64,000 nucleotides of DNA from Elainellaceae cyanobacterium (lineage in GTDB: Bacteria > Cyanobacteriota > Cyanobacteriia > CAZCXK01). The notes beneath the pieces were generated by a model that saw only the letters and a program-made list of their open reading frames with translations, was not told the DNA's origin and did not search any database. Of this stretch, positions 31,995 to 42,025 are shown in pieces. The stretch's first letter is position 1. Each line of letters starts with the position of its first letter. The position numbers were made by a program, and so were the translations under genes. Location: positions 1 through 64,000 of the forward strand of contig JBNPEG010000017.1 of assembly GCA_051117555.1 (NCBI GenBank), read 5' to 3'.

Positions 31995-32575
31995 TTTGAC
32001 CTGCCTCCCTTTCGAGTTAATTTACATATGCCGCCCTAAAAGCAGTGCTAGCTGTGGAAATAGCTTCTCCTTCGACGGAAGTGAAACACCCCACCAATCG
32101 CTTGATCAATCCTTCTTTCCAGTCCTGGATTCCTCAAACTCCACAAGCCGTGTAGGTCGATAAAGCTAAATCCGACTTTTGAGAAGAAGGGAATGAGGCA
32201 GAACAAAAACGTCTCGAAGGTCTGCGCGATAATTCCAATCAAAATGCTTAGCTGTGACTTCCAAAAGGCAGATTACCGACAGATAGTTCTAAAGATGAGC
32301 CATACCCGCAGGCGATCGCATTATCAGAATCAAGGTGGCTAGCGTAAGGATGCAATTGCACGCTCTACTAATCAACTTAGCACCTGCATCCCAACCCTCA
32401 TTTAGCCAGGGCACAAAGTTGAAGCGGATTAACTATTCCCTTATAAGAACCGACACGCCGTTATTGAATTTTTGGCTTTAAGCTTTCTTAATTATCTTGT
32501 CAGGGTTTTCTCAGAGAATAGTCAGAGCTAGCTCAGGCTGAAGACTCATTATAGTTACACAGAGATTTAGCCTCT

Positions 32576-32667
32576 TATAGCAATGTGCAATTGCGTCAAG
32601 TACAGAAGCAGTGGGGAGCGCGGCGCGCCCCCCACTACCGTACTCACCCCAAGCGCATACTGCTATA
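32576..32667. repeat. TATAGC...GCTATA dispersed MITE/REP-like element
   Basis: Inverted termini; internal GTGGGGAGCGCGGCGCGCCCCCCAC hairpin; homologous to 18096-18201. Confidence 0.78.
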
Positions 32668-32825
32668 AGTTCTCGTCTTGAGCATCTCGTAGAGAGACCT
32701 AAAGCAGCCGAAATTTTTTGGGGAATTATTGAATGCCTATTCCAAAAAGACGTTTTTTTACTCACAATCCCCCTAATGGGTCAATATCTCCATCCCGCAG
32801 ATTCGCAATGTTGTCGGAGGATGTT

Positions 32826-33449
32826 ATGAATCAACCGCCGATTCAGCCTAGTAAAATTCTTGCGAACTCAAGATTACCGAGTTATTTGAGAGAGGCGATC
32901 GCCACTATGAATCTTGCTCCAGGACAGGCGTTATATCATCAGGGCGATCCGGTTTTAGCAATCTATCGCGTTGAATCAGGTCGAGTTCGTTTGATTCGCC
33001 ATACGATTGAAGGCCGCGTTGTCACCTTTCAGGTGATTCGGGCGGGTGAAGTCTTTGCCGCAACTGATTTATACAGCGATGGTTATCAGTGTGATGCCAT
33101 CAGTGATGTTTCCTCGCAGATTAGCGTGTATCCCAAGGAGTTGATATTTCGATCAATGCAAGATGATACGATGCTCGCTCAAGATTTAATCCGGCAGCTT
33201 AATCAAATTATTCGGTTATTAAAATTCAGGCTAGAGCTTTTGGCAATTCGTTCGGCGAGCGATCGCACTCTAGAATATTTGCGATTTTCAACATCGCCCG
33301 ATGATCCCACGATTCGGTTTGACCGCCCGCTTAAAGATATCGCAAGTGATCTGGGGCTGAGTCCTGAGGTGTTTTATCGAACTCTAGCTCGGTTAGAAAA
33401 AGATGGGATCATTGCTCGAAACAAGCGGCAAATCACCTTGCTTAAATGA
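32826..33449 (+). CDS. Crp/Fnr-family transcriptional regulator
   Basis: cNMP-like fold (YHQGD, ESGRVRL, GEVFA) plus HTH (DIASDLGLSPEVFYRTL); GGAGG 5 nt before ATG 32826 (track start 32733). Confidence 0.88.
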   Translation: MNQPPIQPSKILANSRLPSYLREAIATMNLAPGQALYHQGDPVLAIYRVESGRVRLIRHTIEGRVVTFQVIRAGEVFAATDLYSDGYQCDAISDVSSQISVYPKELIFRSMQDDTMLAQDLIRQLNQIIRLLKFRLELLAIRSASDRTLEYLRFSTSPDDPTIRFDRPLKDIASDLGLSPEVFYRTLARLEKDGIIARNKRQITLLK

Positions 33450-33474
33450 GGAAGCGTGAAAACGCACTGCTCGT

Positions 33475-34206
33475 CTATGCCGATTCCCTTAAAACATACC
33501 CAACACATCGTACGGTATGAATCAGGCGACTGCTACTGTAAGCCTCTAATTTGAGTCGCAGATAGCGGATATACACCTCAATGACGTTGGAATCTCCCAT
33601 AAAGTCATAGCCCCAAACCTTTTCCAAAATTTGCTCCCGGCTGACTACATGGCGACGATTGACCATCAGATATTCCAACAAATCAAATTCTTTGGCCGTT
33701 AGCTCGATCCGCTGACCGCTGCGTAAAACCTCTCGCGTTTTGCGATTGAGCATTAGGTCTTCAAAGCACAGAATATCTGTACTGTCAGTGCAACTTCGAC
33801 GCAGACGCGCGCGAACGCGCGCAAGCAGTTCTTCTAGCGAAAAGGGTCTAGAGATACAATCATCAGCGCCTGCATCGAGCCCTGCGATGCGATCGCCCAC
33901 TCGATCTTCGGATGTCAGCAAAATGAGTGGAGCCGCGTTTCCTGCCGCACGCAGGCGTTGACAAAAATCGAGACTAGAAAACCCATGAGAAAACCAGTCT
34001 AAAACGATGAGGCTGGGGTGTAGTCGACGCGCTTTGAGCAAGCCATCAATGTCACTATAGGCGACAGCGACCGGATATCCTTCGCAGCTCAATTCCTGTA
34101 CCAGAATTTTAGAAAAATGATCCTCATTGCCAATCAGCAAGATGGGAGCTGTTTGGGCTCTGAACTGCGGTTTAACCGGTGATTGTAGAGTCAACGATGT
34201 CTTCAT
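33475..34206 (-). CDS. OmpR-family response regulator with atypical receiver
   Basis: Winged helix LTAKEFDLL...SNVIEVYIRYLRLKLE; receiver lacks the acidic pair and has Arg for the conserved Lys (ISRPF). Confidence 0.88.
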   Translation of the reverse strand: MKTSLTLQSPVKPQFRAQTAPILLIGNEDHFSKILVQELSCEGYPVAVAYSDIDGLLKARRLHPSLIVLDWFSHGFSSLDFCQRLRAAGNAAPLILLTSEDRVGDRIAGLDAGADDCISRPFSLEELLARVRARLRRSCTDSTDILCFEDLMLNRKTREVLRSGQRIELTAKEFDLLEYLMVNRRHVVSREQILEKVWGYDFMGDSNVIEVYIRYLRLKLEAYSSSRLIHTVRCVGYVLRESA

Positions 34207-34316
34207 GCAGGATCTTCTTTAGGTGAACTGTGGAGTCATCCCAGAGATTTTCAGAGAAACGCTGTACTAGAAAGACTTAACTAAAGCCAACGATTTAATT
34301 TTTCATGCATTATCAG

Positions 34317-34357
34317 ATAGCGATCCTAAATCGCTTGTGAATGGGTTGTGAGTGGTG
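34317..34357. repeat. TATAGC-family repeat fragment
   Basis: ATAGCGATCCTAAATCGCTTGTGAATGGGTTGTGAGTGGTG; both parts are shared with the 50931-51018 element. Confidence 0.75.
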
Positions 34358-34735
34358 AATTTCGTTAAGTTCGAGGGAAATAATTAATATCTGCATCATC
34401 TCCAAATAGGCTTGGTTTCATATCAAATTTGATCTGTCCAATCCTTACTTGACAGTAGATTTCAGCAATCAAACATCAGTTTTGGCATCGCAAAATGCCT
34501 GTAATCGGCGATCGCCAGTGTGGATGGATTGACACTGAGGTCTCATTGAGCCTAATGGTTTCTTAGACTTACTAATGATTTACATCGATCGCCTTAGAAA
34601 TCACATGACTAGAATCATGTTTGAAAACAATACTGAATTTGGATAGAAATCCACCCCCTATGGCTTGGGGTGTTACTTCACAGAACTTAAGAATTAACTA
34701 TAATCTTCAGTAACGTAGCTATTTAAGGGGTATGT

Positions 34736-34876
34736 ATGGCAACAATGGACGACCGTAAAAAGCGAATTATGGAGCATCTTGCTCGGAGCACAGGAGATTT
34801 TATTAAGCGATCGCCCCAACCCAACGGCCAGAGAAAGCAGCAAATCTTAGATCATGTGCGTCGTACAAAGGGTTAG
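34736..34876 (+). CDS. 46-aa basic small protein with an internal repeat
   Basis: MATMDDRKKRIMEHLARSTGDFIKRSPQPNGQRKQQILDHVRRTKG*; AAGGGG SD-like sequence and TATAAT upstream; below the ORF-track size cutoff. Confidence 0.65.
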   Translation: MATMDDRKKRIMEHLARSTGDFIKRSPQPNGQRKQQILDHVRRTKG

Positions 34877-35046
34877 GGGGCGAACTCAGCAATATACATC
34901 TCAGGTCAGTCAACAGGTGGCTCAGACTGTCTCGCTACCGACGTAGCCTACTGAGATGTTTCGCTGATGCATAAGGTGCGATGATCGCTCTCAATAAACA
35001 AGCGATCGCATCGGGAGCATCCTCCATGCGCAAATTGATCAACGTA

Positions 35047-35090
35047 TATAGTGGGAGCGTCCCGATCGCGATCGGGACGCTCCCACTATA
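35047..35090. repeat. Perfect 44-bp palindrome
   Basis: TATAGTGGGAGCGTCCCGATCG|CGATCGGGACGCTCCCACTATA. Confidence 0.95.
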
Positions 35091-35792
35091 CATACAAAGT
35101 TGGGATATCCCCGATCGCATCTTGCTAAAGACAATAGCCGTTATTAAAAAACAATAAAAAGACGGGAGCATCCCAGGTAAATTTTGATTTCAAAGCCTTG
35201 ATCCCCAGGAATCATTACTCCATATTAGAAATTGAAGCTAAGAACTTCACCTGGCAGATTAAACAGCCAAAGTTCACGTAACTAGTTTTAAATAACTAGT
35301 TCACACAACCTAGTAGAAGAGGTAAAAGCGCTGTTTCACCCAAATCTGTCTCGCCTAACACCAACAGCACCTACACAGAAAGCTGATATTTTCCCATCTG
35401 TTTATTGGGGAGCAATGTAGTTAGAAGATGGCAATCAAACGCCACTCACTCATCTCCAGAGATTCTAGATTAAAGAGGGAAAATCGCTCAGCGAGTATGG
35501 CTGCGGTGCTGTTGCCCTTTTAAACTCAAAATATTTCGACTAAATGAGATTTAATGCAGGGATTCGTCAAAGTATTTCCGCTATCAAATAGATTGGATGG
35601 ATTGAGTGGAACCCAATCCATTCGATTTTTATAGTTATTTTTATTAGTATCGCAATCTTACATGAACGTGGATTAAATAATCTGCCAAATCGTCCTCTCA
35701 TTACCAAACGTAAGAAAGATTTCACGCATTGACTCGCAGGCTGGTCTTAAATTATGAGAGATACAAGCAACTAGACTGGCAAGCAACACGTC

Positions 35793-36560
35793 ATGGCGAT
35801 TATTGCACTGAAGGCGTGGTATCTCCACGAATATGAGCCGATTCAAGAACTTGAGAAGCGCCCTCATGATCTTCGGCTGAGCAAAAATAGTCTCCTGAAA
35901 TCTGCGCTGCGGGCAGATTTTTTGGATGACAGCGACGAAGTCAAACAATCTACATGGTTTCAGCGCTATCTAGAAGGGGAAATCATTGAGTTTTATATCG
36001 AAGGAAGTGGAGGATATTCCATTTCCAACATTGATTTGATTAGCCATGAAATTTACTTCACGAAGCAAGACGTCATGGCGCATCTCGACCCTATTATTTT
36101 CTTCTGCTACCAAACCGAATATCCAGAATCAGGCGATTTGCTGCGGAATGAGCTTCAGATCTTCATCGAAAAATTCAATCGGCGATCGCGTCTGCCATTG
36201 ACCCTTGAAGAATCTCATCGGCTTAGCGATGGCCCTGTACGCCTCAGTAGCACCCTGATGCGGAAGATTCGCAAGAGTTTGCTGTTCATTGCAGATGCGA
36301 CCCCCATCTTATACATCAATGATTCACCACTCCAGCTGATTCCGAGTCCCAACGTTTGTGTTGAAGTCGGATATGCTTTACAGTGCAAGCGATCTGAACA
36401 ACTGCTTCTCACTCATATGGAGCGTCCAGACATCGGAGGACAATTTCCGTTTGACTTGCCCAGCCAAAGCCGTCTTCAGTTTCGTAACAAGACAGAACTC
36501 CACAAACTCTTGCCCCAAACTCTAGAAACGCAGCTCAAACGATTCAATTTGATCCAGTAA
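35793..36560 (+). CDS. Hypothetical protein with a C-terminal TIR/nucleoside-deoxyribosyltransferase-like domain
   Basis: KIRKSLLFIADATP...PSPNVCVEVGYA...FPFDL pattern. Confidence 0.75.
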   Translation: MAIIALKAWYLHEYEPIQELEKRPHDLRLSKNSLLKSALRADFLDDSDEVKQSTWFQRYLEGEIIEFYIEGSGGYSISNIDLISHEIYFTKQDVMAHLDPIIFFCYQTEYPESGDLLRNELQIFIEKFNRRSRLPLTLEESHRLSDGPVRLSSTLMRKIRKSLLFIADATPILYINDSPLQLIPSPNVCVEVGYALQCKRSEQLLLTHMERPDIGGQFPFDLPSQSRLQFRNKTELHKLLPQTLETQLKRFNLIQ

Positions 36561-36622
36561 ATGCTTTGATAGGAATATGTTGACGATTATTATTTTTGAG
36601 GTGTCAGGGGTATTGATTTCCT

Positions 36623-36874
36623 ATGCCAAGAAGTCCTAGTGAATACGCGGTTCATCTCTTTATGGAGGGCGGGCATCGAGAAGAAGTCCGTTTTCCGAGC
36701 ATCCAAGATTTTCAGAAGTGGTATAGCGGTGAGCTGGTGCCTAAATCCAGCTCTAGTGAATTTATCAGTGTCCCAATCAAGAATATTCAAGGCGAATACA
36801 TGGTGGTTCGTCCGTCTAGTGTGATTGCCATTCGGGTCGAACCAATCTTTAGCTCTAGTGTTGAACGATTTTGA
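36623..36874 (+). CDS. Hypothetical small protein (83 aa)
   Basis: Globular-looking sequence, co-oriented 62 nt after the upstream gene. Confidence 0.8.
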   Translation: MPRSPSEYAVHLFMEGGHREEVRFPSIQDFQKWYSGELVPKSSSSEFISVPIKNIQGEYMVVRPSSVIAIRVEPIFSSSVERF

Positions 36875-36946
36875 TACCGATTGCTGAATGCCGTCAAAGA
36901 TTTTAGTCTGTCAGCATTCACGCAAAATTATGCACGGATCTAAGCG

Positions 36947-36982
36947 CAATAACTGGGTCAATAACTGGGTCAATAACTGGGT
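36947..36982. repeat. 12-bp tandem repeat x3 abutting the mltA ATG
   Basis: (CAATAACTGGGT)3 followed directly by ATG. Confidence 0.92.
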
Positions 36983-38176
36983 ATGTGGACGAAGCTTGTA
37001 TTGATAGCTTTCGGGCTTGCTATTTTTTCTGGAAATAGGGTTGCGATCGCCCACATAAGCGGGGAGAATTCTGCCCTAGTCCGTCAATTACCTGGATCGG
37101 CAGCTCAGGACGATGAGCATCTGGGTTGGGATGATCAGATTTGGGGAAATGCAGCACAGACGGGCGATCGCCATCGACTCATCCAATCCATCGATCATTC
37201 TCTACGCTATCTCCAACGTCCGGTAGCCGCTCAGGCATATGCTCAATTTGCCATTCCAGGTTTCACTCTAGACCGCGTGCAGCGCAGTTTAGAGGGGTTT
37301 CGGCAGCTTGTTGTGATGTCTCCGTCTCCAGAGGCTCTGCAAGCGGCGGTCTTGAGAGAATTCGATTTATATCAATCAATTGGGACTGACGGCTCAGGAA
37401 CCGTTGAGTTTACGGGCTATTTTGAACCGACCTATCAAGCCAGCCGAATTCCCACGGCAGACTATCCATATCCGCTATATCGTCTTCCACCCGGTCTAGA
37501 AACCTGGCCGCATCCACACCCCACTCGTAGCCAGCTCGAAGGTGATGACGGGTTACAGAGTGACCAACGGCTCAGAGGATTAGAGCTAGTCTGGCTGCGC
37601 GATCGCTTTGAGGCCTTTTTAGTCCAAGTCCAGGGATCAGCTCGGCTCCAGATCACAGACGGGACTACGATGAGCGTAGGCTACGCTGGGCGCACCGATT
37701 ATTCGTACACTAGCATCGGACGAGAACTGGTCAATGATGGCAAAATTCCTGAGGCAGAGTTGAATCTGCCTGCGGTTATAGATTATTTTCGGGTCTATCC
37801 TGCGGATCTCAATTCGTATCTTTCGCGCAATAATCGGTTCGTTTTCTTTCGAGAAACCTTCGGCGCTCCGCCCACCGGAAGTTTGGGAGTCCCAGTGACG
37901 GCAGAACGCTCCATTGCAACCGACAAATCAATCATGCCACCAGGAGCACTCGCTCTGATTCAAACTCACCTGCCTATATCATCAGAAGACTCTGAGCCAG
38001 AGTTAGAGTCTCGATGGGTTAGCCGATACGTCCTCGATCAAGATACGGGAGGAGCTATTCGTGGAGCGGGGCGGGTCGACATTTTTATGGGTACGGGGCA
38101 ATCCGCAGGCGATCGGGCGGGCTTAGTCAATTCGCGCGGGCATCTCTACTACCTTCTGATTAAAGATTCTGTATAG
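36983..38176 (+). CDS. mltA: MltA-family lytic murein transglycosylase
   Basis: FTGYFEP, VQVQGS, RSIATD, DQDTGGAIRGAGRVDIFMG; signal peptide. Confidence 0.92.
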   Translation: MWTKLVLIAFGLAIFSGNRVAIAHISGENSALVRQLPGSAAQDDEHLGWDDQIWGNAAQTGDRHRLIQSIDHSLRYLQRPVAAQAYAQFAIPGFTLDRVQRSLEGFRQLVVMSPSPEALQAAVLREFDLYQSIGTDGSGTVEFTGYFEPTYQASRIPTADYPYPLYRLPPGLETWPHPHPTRSQLEGDDGLQSDQRLRGLELVWLRDRFEAFLVQVQGSARLQITDGTTMSVGYAGRTDYSYTSIGRELVNDGKIPEAELNLPAVIDYFRVYPADLNSYLSRNNRFVFFRETFGAPPTGSLGVPVTAERSIATDKSIMPPGALALIQTHLPISSEDSEPELESRWVSRYVLDQDTGGAIRGAGRVDIFMGTGQSAGDRAGLVNSRGHLYYLLIKDSV

Positions 38177-38508
38177 GCGATTCCTAAATTACTGCAACTC
38201 TCATAAGGATGATGAATGCAGGAATGTAGGCTGGTAAATGTTGAGCTAGACTAATCTTTAAGTTTAAGAAAGACTCGAATCGTTTCGCTGGATGATATGC
38301 TTGGTAAATTGTGTCCTTAGAAACATTTCACTATCGTTAGAAGACGAACCACGACGTTAGTACCTCCACCATCATGATTTTTTTGTTAGTCTGCCAAGTG
38401 ATTCTCTGGAAGCAAGTTGGAAGAGTGCTAGGTTGGCTATTCCCTCAAAATCATGAAACACAACCAAGCTAGTGCAGCGTTGAACTGAAAGACTTCCTAG
38501 TAAGACCT

Positions 38509-40641
38509 ATGGATGCACCCTTTGAGATCACGCTGCAAATTGTTATCACCATTATTGCAGGCATTACGGCTCAAGTATTGGGCGACTATTTGAAAGTCCC
38601 CAGTATTGTGTTTTTGCTTTTCTTTGGAATTTTACTTGGGTCAGATGGCGTCGGCTTGCTGCATCCCAACATGCTCGGAGTTGGCCTAGAGGTGATTGTG
38701 GCGCTCTCCGTTGCGCTGATTTTGTTTGAGGGAGGGCTGAACCTGCAACTCAGAGATTTGGGACGCGTGTCAGGCAGCCTTCAAAACCTAGTGACCTTCG
38801 GAACGCTGATCACCTTAATTGGGGGCGGCATGGCTGCCCACTGGTTCATTGAGTTTCCGTGGTCGCTCGCCTTTCTGTATGCCTCGTTGGTCGTCGTAAC
38901 AGGGCCCACAGTGATCAGCCCTCTGCTCAAGCAGGTCAAGGTTGACCGTCAAGTTTCGGCATTATTGGAGGGCGAGGGTGTTTTAGTTGACCCGGTGGGT
39001 GCCATTCTGGCGGTGGTTGTTTTAGATGTCATTCTCAATGGCGATGCCGATCCACTGTCGGTGGTGAGCGGCTTGCTCCTGCGTCTAAGTATTGGAGGTG
39101 CCATCGGCGCTATTGGGGGTTGGCTGTTGGGGCTGATTCTGAAGCGCGCCGAGTTTCTCTCAGAAGAGCTGAAAAATCTCGTTGTATTGGCGGGTTTATG
39201 GGGACTCTTTGGCCTGGCTCAGGTTATTCGCAGTGAGTCGGGTCTAATGACGACAGTCGTCGCAGGAATCATATTACGAGCATCGTCTATTCCTGAAGAA
39301 AGATTATTGCGGCGCTTTAAGGGGCAGCTAACTATCTTAGCCGTCTCCGTGCTGTTTATCCTCCTGTCTGCTGATTTGTCGATCGCCAGTATTTTTGCGT
39401 TAGGACGAGGGGCGATCGCCACGGTAGCCGTCTTGATGTTTGTGGTGCGCCCGGTTAATGTGGCGCTCTGCACCTGGAACAGCGGCATGAATTTGCGACA
39501 AAAGCTCTTCCTAGCGTGGGTTGCCCCTAAAGGGATTGTCTCCGCATCCGTTGCCTCACTGTTTGCGATTTTGCTTACCGATCGAGGAATTAGCGGGGGG
39601 GATGCCATTAAGGCGCTAGTCTTCCTAACCATTATTTCTACCGTGTCAATCCAAGGGCTAACAGCTGGTTGGGTTGCTCGGTGGTTAGGGATTACGTCCA
39701 CCCAAGCGACCGGGGCTGTCATTGTAGGCTGTAATCCAATGAGCCGTCTAATTGCTCGTTTCTTCCAAGAGAGAAATGAATCTGTTGTCCTGATCGACAC
39801 GGATCAGGATGCCTGTCGTGCCGCTGAGCAAGATGGTATCAAAGTATTCGAAAGCAGTGCGCTCGATATGGATGTGTTAGAAGAAGCGGGTTTGGCGAGT
39901 GCAGGCACCTTTCTAGCAATCACCAAGAATGGAGAAGTAAATCGAGTCTTAGCACAGCGTGCCGCAGAAGAATTTCAACCGCCTCGCGTCTTGGCGGTAT
40001 CGACGGGAGAACTGAAAACGAGTGGGGAAACCACAAAAAGTGCTAACAACCCGTCTGCAAAACCGAAAACACCCGGTTCCAATAAAGTTCAGGCAGCGTT
40101 TACGGTTCAGCTTCCCTTAAAGACTTGGAATGGATATTTGCAAGATGGGGCTGTAAAGCTCGGTGAAACCCGTCTCCGAGAATCGGGGTTGCTCTTTCAG
40201 CAGGCGCATTTACGCGCACTCACTCGCTCTGGAGAACTCGTTCCGATCTTGGTCGAGCGAGACAATCGTCTGTATGTCGTTCAGTCATCAGAAGAGTGGC
40301 AACCGGGCGATCGCATCATCTATCTACTCCATGATCCGCGACCCAAACTTCTAAAACGACTCTCAGGAGGAGCGAGTCCGTCTCGACTTGCGTTAGAAAA
40401 ATTGCCCGCAGTCGAAGAAATTCCAATGACTGCTACAGGAGGTAAGCCACCTCAAGACGGGCTTTCGCCGCCCATTGAGCAACCCAACCCCCAGTCACCC
40501 GAATCCTCTCAGCCCTCAGAGCAATCTGGAGAGCAATCTGGAGAGCAATCTGGGAATCAGGCTCCTTCTACTCAGGCTCCACAAAATGCTTCTGAGTCCG
40601 AACCTCTGAGACCTTATTCGCAAGATCTGCCAACCTCTTAA
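38509..40641 (+). CDS. CPA1 (NhaP-type) cation/H+ antiporter with TrkA-N domain
   Basis: ILFEGGL, VTGPTVI, EGEGVLVDP, APKGIV; cytoplasmic KTN domain; Pro/Gln/Ser tail with (EQSG)3. Confidence 0.92.
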   Translation: MDAPFEITLQIVITIIAGITAQVLGDYLKVPSIVFLLFFGILLGSDGVGLLHPNMLGVGLEVIVALSVALILFEGGLNLQLRDLGRVSGSLQNLVTFGTLITLIGGGMAAHWFIEFPWSLAFLYASLVVVTGPTVISPLLKQVKVDRQVSALLEGEGVLVDPVGAILAVVVLDVILNGDADPLSVVSGLLLRLSIGGAIGAIGGWLLGLILKRAEFLSEELKNLVVLAGLWGLFGLAQVIRSESGLMTTVVAGIILRASSIPEERLLRRFKGQLTILAVSVLFILLSADLSIASIFALGRGAIATVAVLMFVVRPVNVALCTWNSGMNLRQKLFLAWVAPKGIVSASVASLFAILLTDRGISGGDAIKALVFLTIISTVSIQGLTAGWVARWLGITSTQATGAVIVGCNPMSRLIARFFQERNESVVLIDTDQDACRAAEQDGIKVFESSALDMDVLEEAGLASAGTFLAITKNGEVNRVLAQRAAEEFQPPRVLAVSTGELKTSGETTKSANNPSAKPKTPGSNKVQAAFTVQLPLKTWNGYLQDGAVKLGETRLRESGLLFQQAHLRALTRSGELVPILVERDNRLYVVQSSEEWQPGDRIIYLLHDPRPKLLKRLSGGASPSRLALEKLPAVEEIPMTATGGKPPQDGLSPPIEQPNPQSPESSQPSEQSGEQSGEQSGNQAPSTQAPQNASESEPLRPYSQDLPTS

Positions 40642-41165
40642 ATCAATGCTGCTATCTCGCGGGAACGGGCATCTGCTACCTGAATAGACGGGCCTTGAAC
40701 AATCAAAACTGCGCAGTGAGCATGATGAAGAGCGTAATTGCTCACGCTACCCAGTAATGCTTCAGCAAACCCTTTACGCCCTCTGCGTCCCAAAACGACC
40801 AAATCAGCATTCCACGCTTGAGCAGTTCGACAAATTCCAGCGCCCGCTTCAGTAATTAGGTAGTCCGACTGAGTTTTGACGCCTGACCGTACGGCAATCT
40901 CGTAATATTTTTGAAGAAATTCTTGAGCTCGATGGGTTTGCTGTTCGAGCTGAATATACTCTGATTGATAGGCTTGGTTAACCAAATGGGGAGATAAGCC
41001 GATATCGCCTGCAAAGGAGGGTGTCCCAATGACTATATCGGCTGTTAAGCAATGAAACAGAAATAGCTCAGCTTGATTCTGCTGTGCAATCTCAAGCGCT
41101 GTTTCAAACACTCGCGGGCTCAATTCAGAGCAGTCTAAACCGGCAAGAATTCTATGAAAACTCAT
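40638..41165 (-). CDS. Universal stress protein
   Basis: RILAGLD; ADLVVLGRRG...LLGSVSNYALHHAHCAVLIV. Confidence 0.93.
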   Translation of the reverse strand: MSFHRILAGLDCSELSPRVFETALEIAQQNQAELFLFHCLTADIVIGTPSFAGDIGLSPHLVNQAYQSEYIQLEQQTHRAQEFLQKYYEIAVRSGVKTQSDYLITEAGAGICRTAQAWNADLVVLGRRGRKGFAEALLGSVSNYALHHAHCAVLIVQGPSIQVADARSREIAALI

Positions 41166-41323
41166 GGTGCCCTCCCCCGCCTGACGTCAGATATCTATCT
41201 TCACGCTATATCAACTTGCAACCTGTGCCGCTTTTTTGCAATATCTTGTTGCAACGCCAGCCCCCTGCTAGTGATGGTTACAAGAGCACCTAGGAAGTGC
41301 CAAATACAGGAAGTAGCAGCAGA

Positions 41324-42025
41324 TCAGACTAGTGTTCTCTCCATTGCATCTACATCAGTAATGCAAATGATGTCGCGATCGCGCGTAATTAGATCCTTTT
41401 TCTCCAATTTGCTTAAGACTCGCGTTACAGTTTCTCGAGCCAATCCGCTGAGACTACTTAACTCCCGGTGAGGAAGATTAGGAATTTCAATTCCCTTATC
41501 CCCTTGCTTCCCTTGCCCATCTGCTAAAAAGAGAAGAATATCGATCACCCGCGACATGCTATCAGACTCGCGTAGTCTTAATCGACGATTGACTTGACGC
41601 AATCGTCGAGCCATCAACTGAGCTAAGCGGATTCCTGCCAACGGTTCAGAATGGATAAGCTCGACAAAATCTTGTGATGGAAGGTTACCAATCACCGTCG
41701 GCACCAACGTAATCACGTCAGTTGAGCGGGGAACTTCATCGAGGGGAGCCATTTCTCCAAAGAGTTCACCCTTTCCTAAGATATTGAGCGTAACTTCCTT
41801 GCCGTCTAAATTGTACGTGCGGATTTTAACCCAACCTTCCAAAATGAAATAAACAGAATTCCCCCAATCATTTTCAAGAAGAATGACCTGATTGGGGGGA
41901 TGACGACGAGTAACGACATGGGCTGTCGCCTTATCCACAACCGCCTCCGGCAAACCGGCAAAGAAAGGAGCGGAGCGAATTAAAGAGTTATCACGAGGTT
42001 CGCGGAAGCTATGGCGATCTTCCAT
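41324..42025 (-). CDS. crp: cAMP receptor protein (SyCRP1-like)
   Basis: ENDWG, FGEMA...PRSTD cAMP pocket, LPHRELSSLSGLARETVTR HTH; ATG at 42025 chosen. Confidence 0.88.
   Translation of the reverse strand: MEDRHSFREPRDNSLIRSAPFFAGLPEAVVDKATAHVVTRRHPPNQVILLENDWGNSVYFILEGWVKIRTYNLDGKEVTLNILGKGELFGEMAPLDEVPRSTDVITLVPTVIGNLPSQDFVELIHSEPLAGIRLAQLMARRLRQVNRRLRLRESDSMSRVIDILLFLADGQGKQGDKGIEIPNLPHRELSSLSGLARETVTRVLSKLEKKDLITRDRDIICITDVDAMERTLV

Noticed and set aside
33475..34206. Calling this regulator nblR
   Set aside because: The receiver is atypical, but the overall sequence looks like a diverged generic OmpR paralogue; orthology cannot be established by eye.
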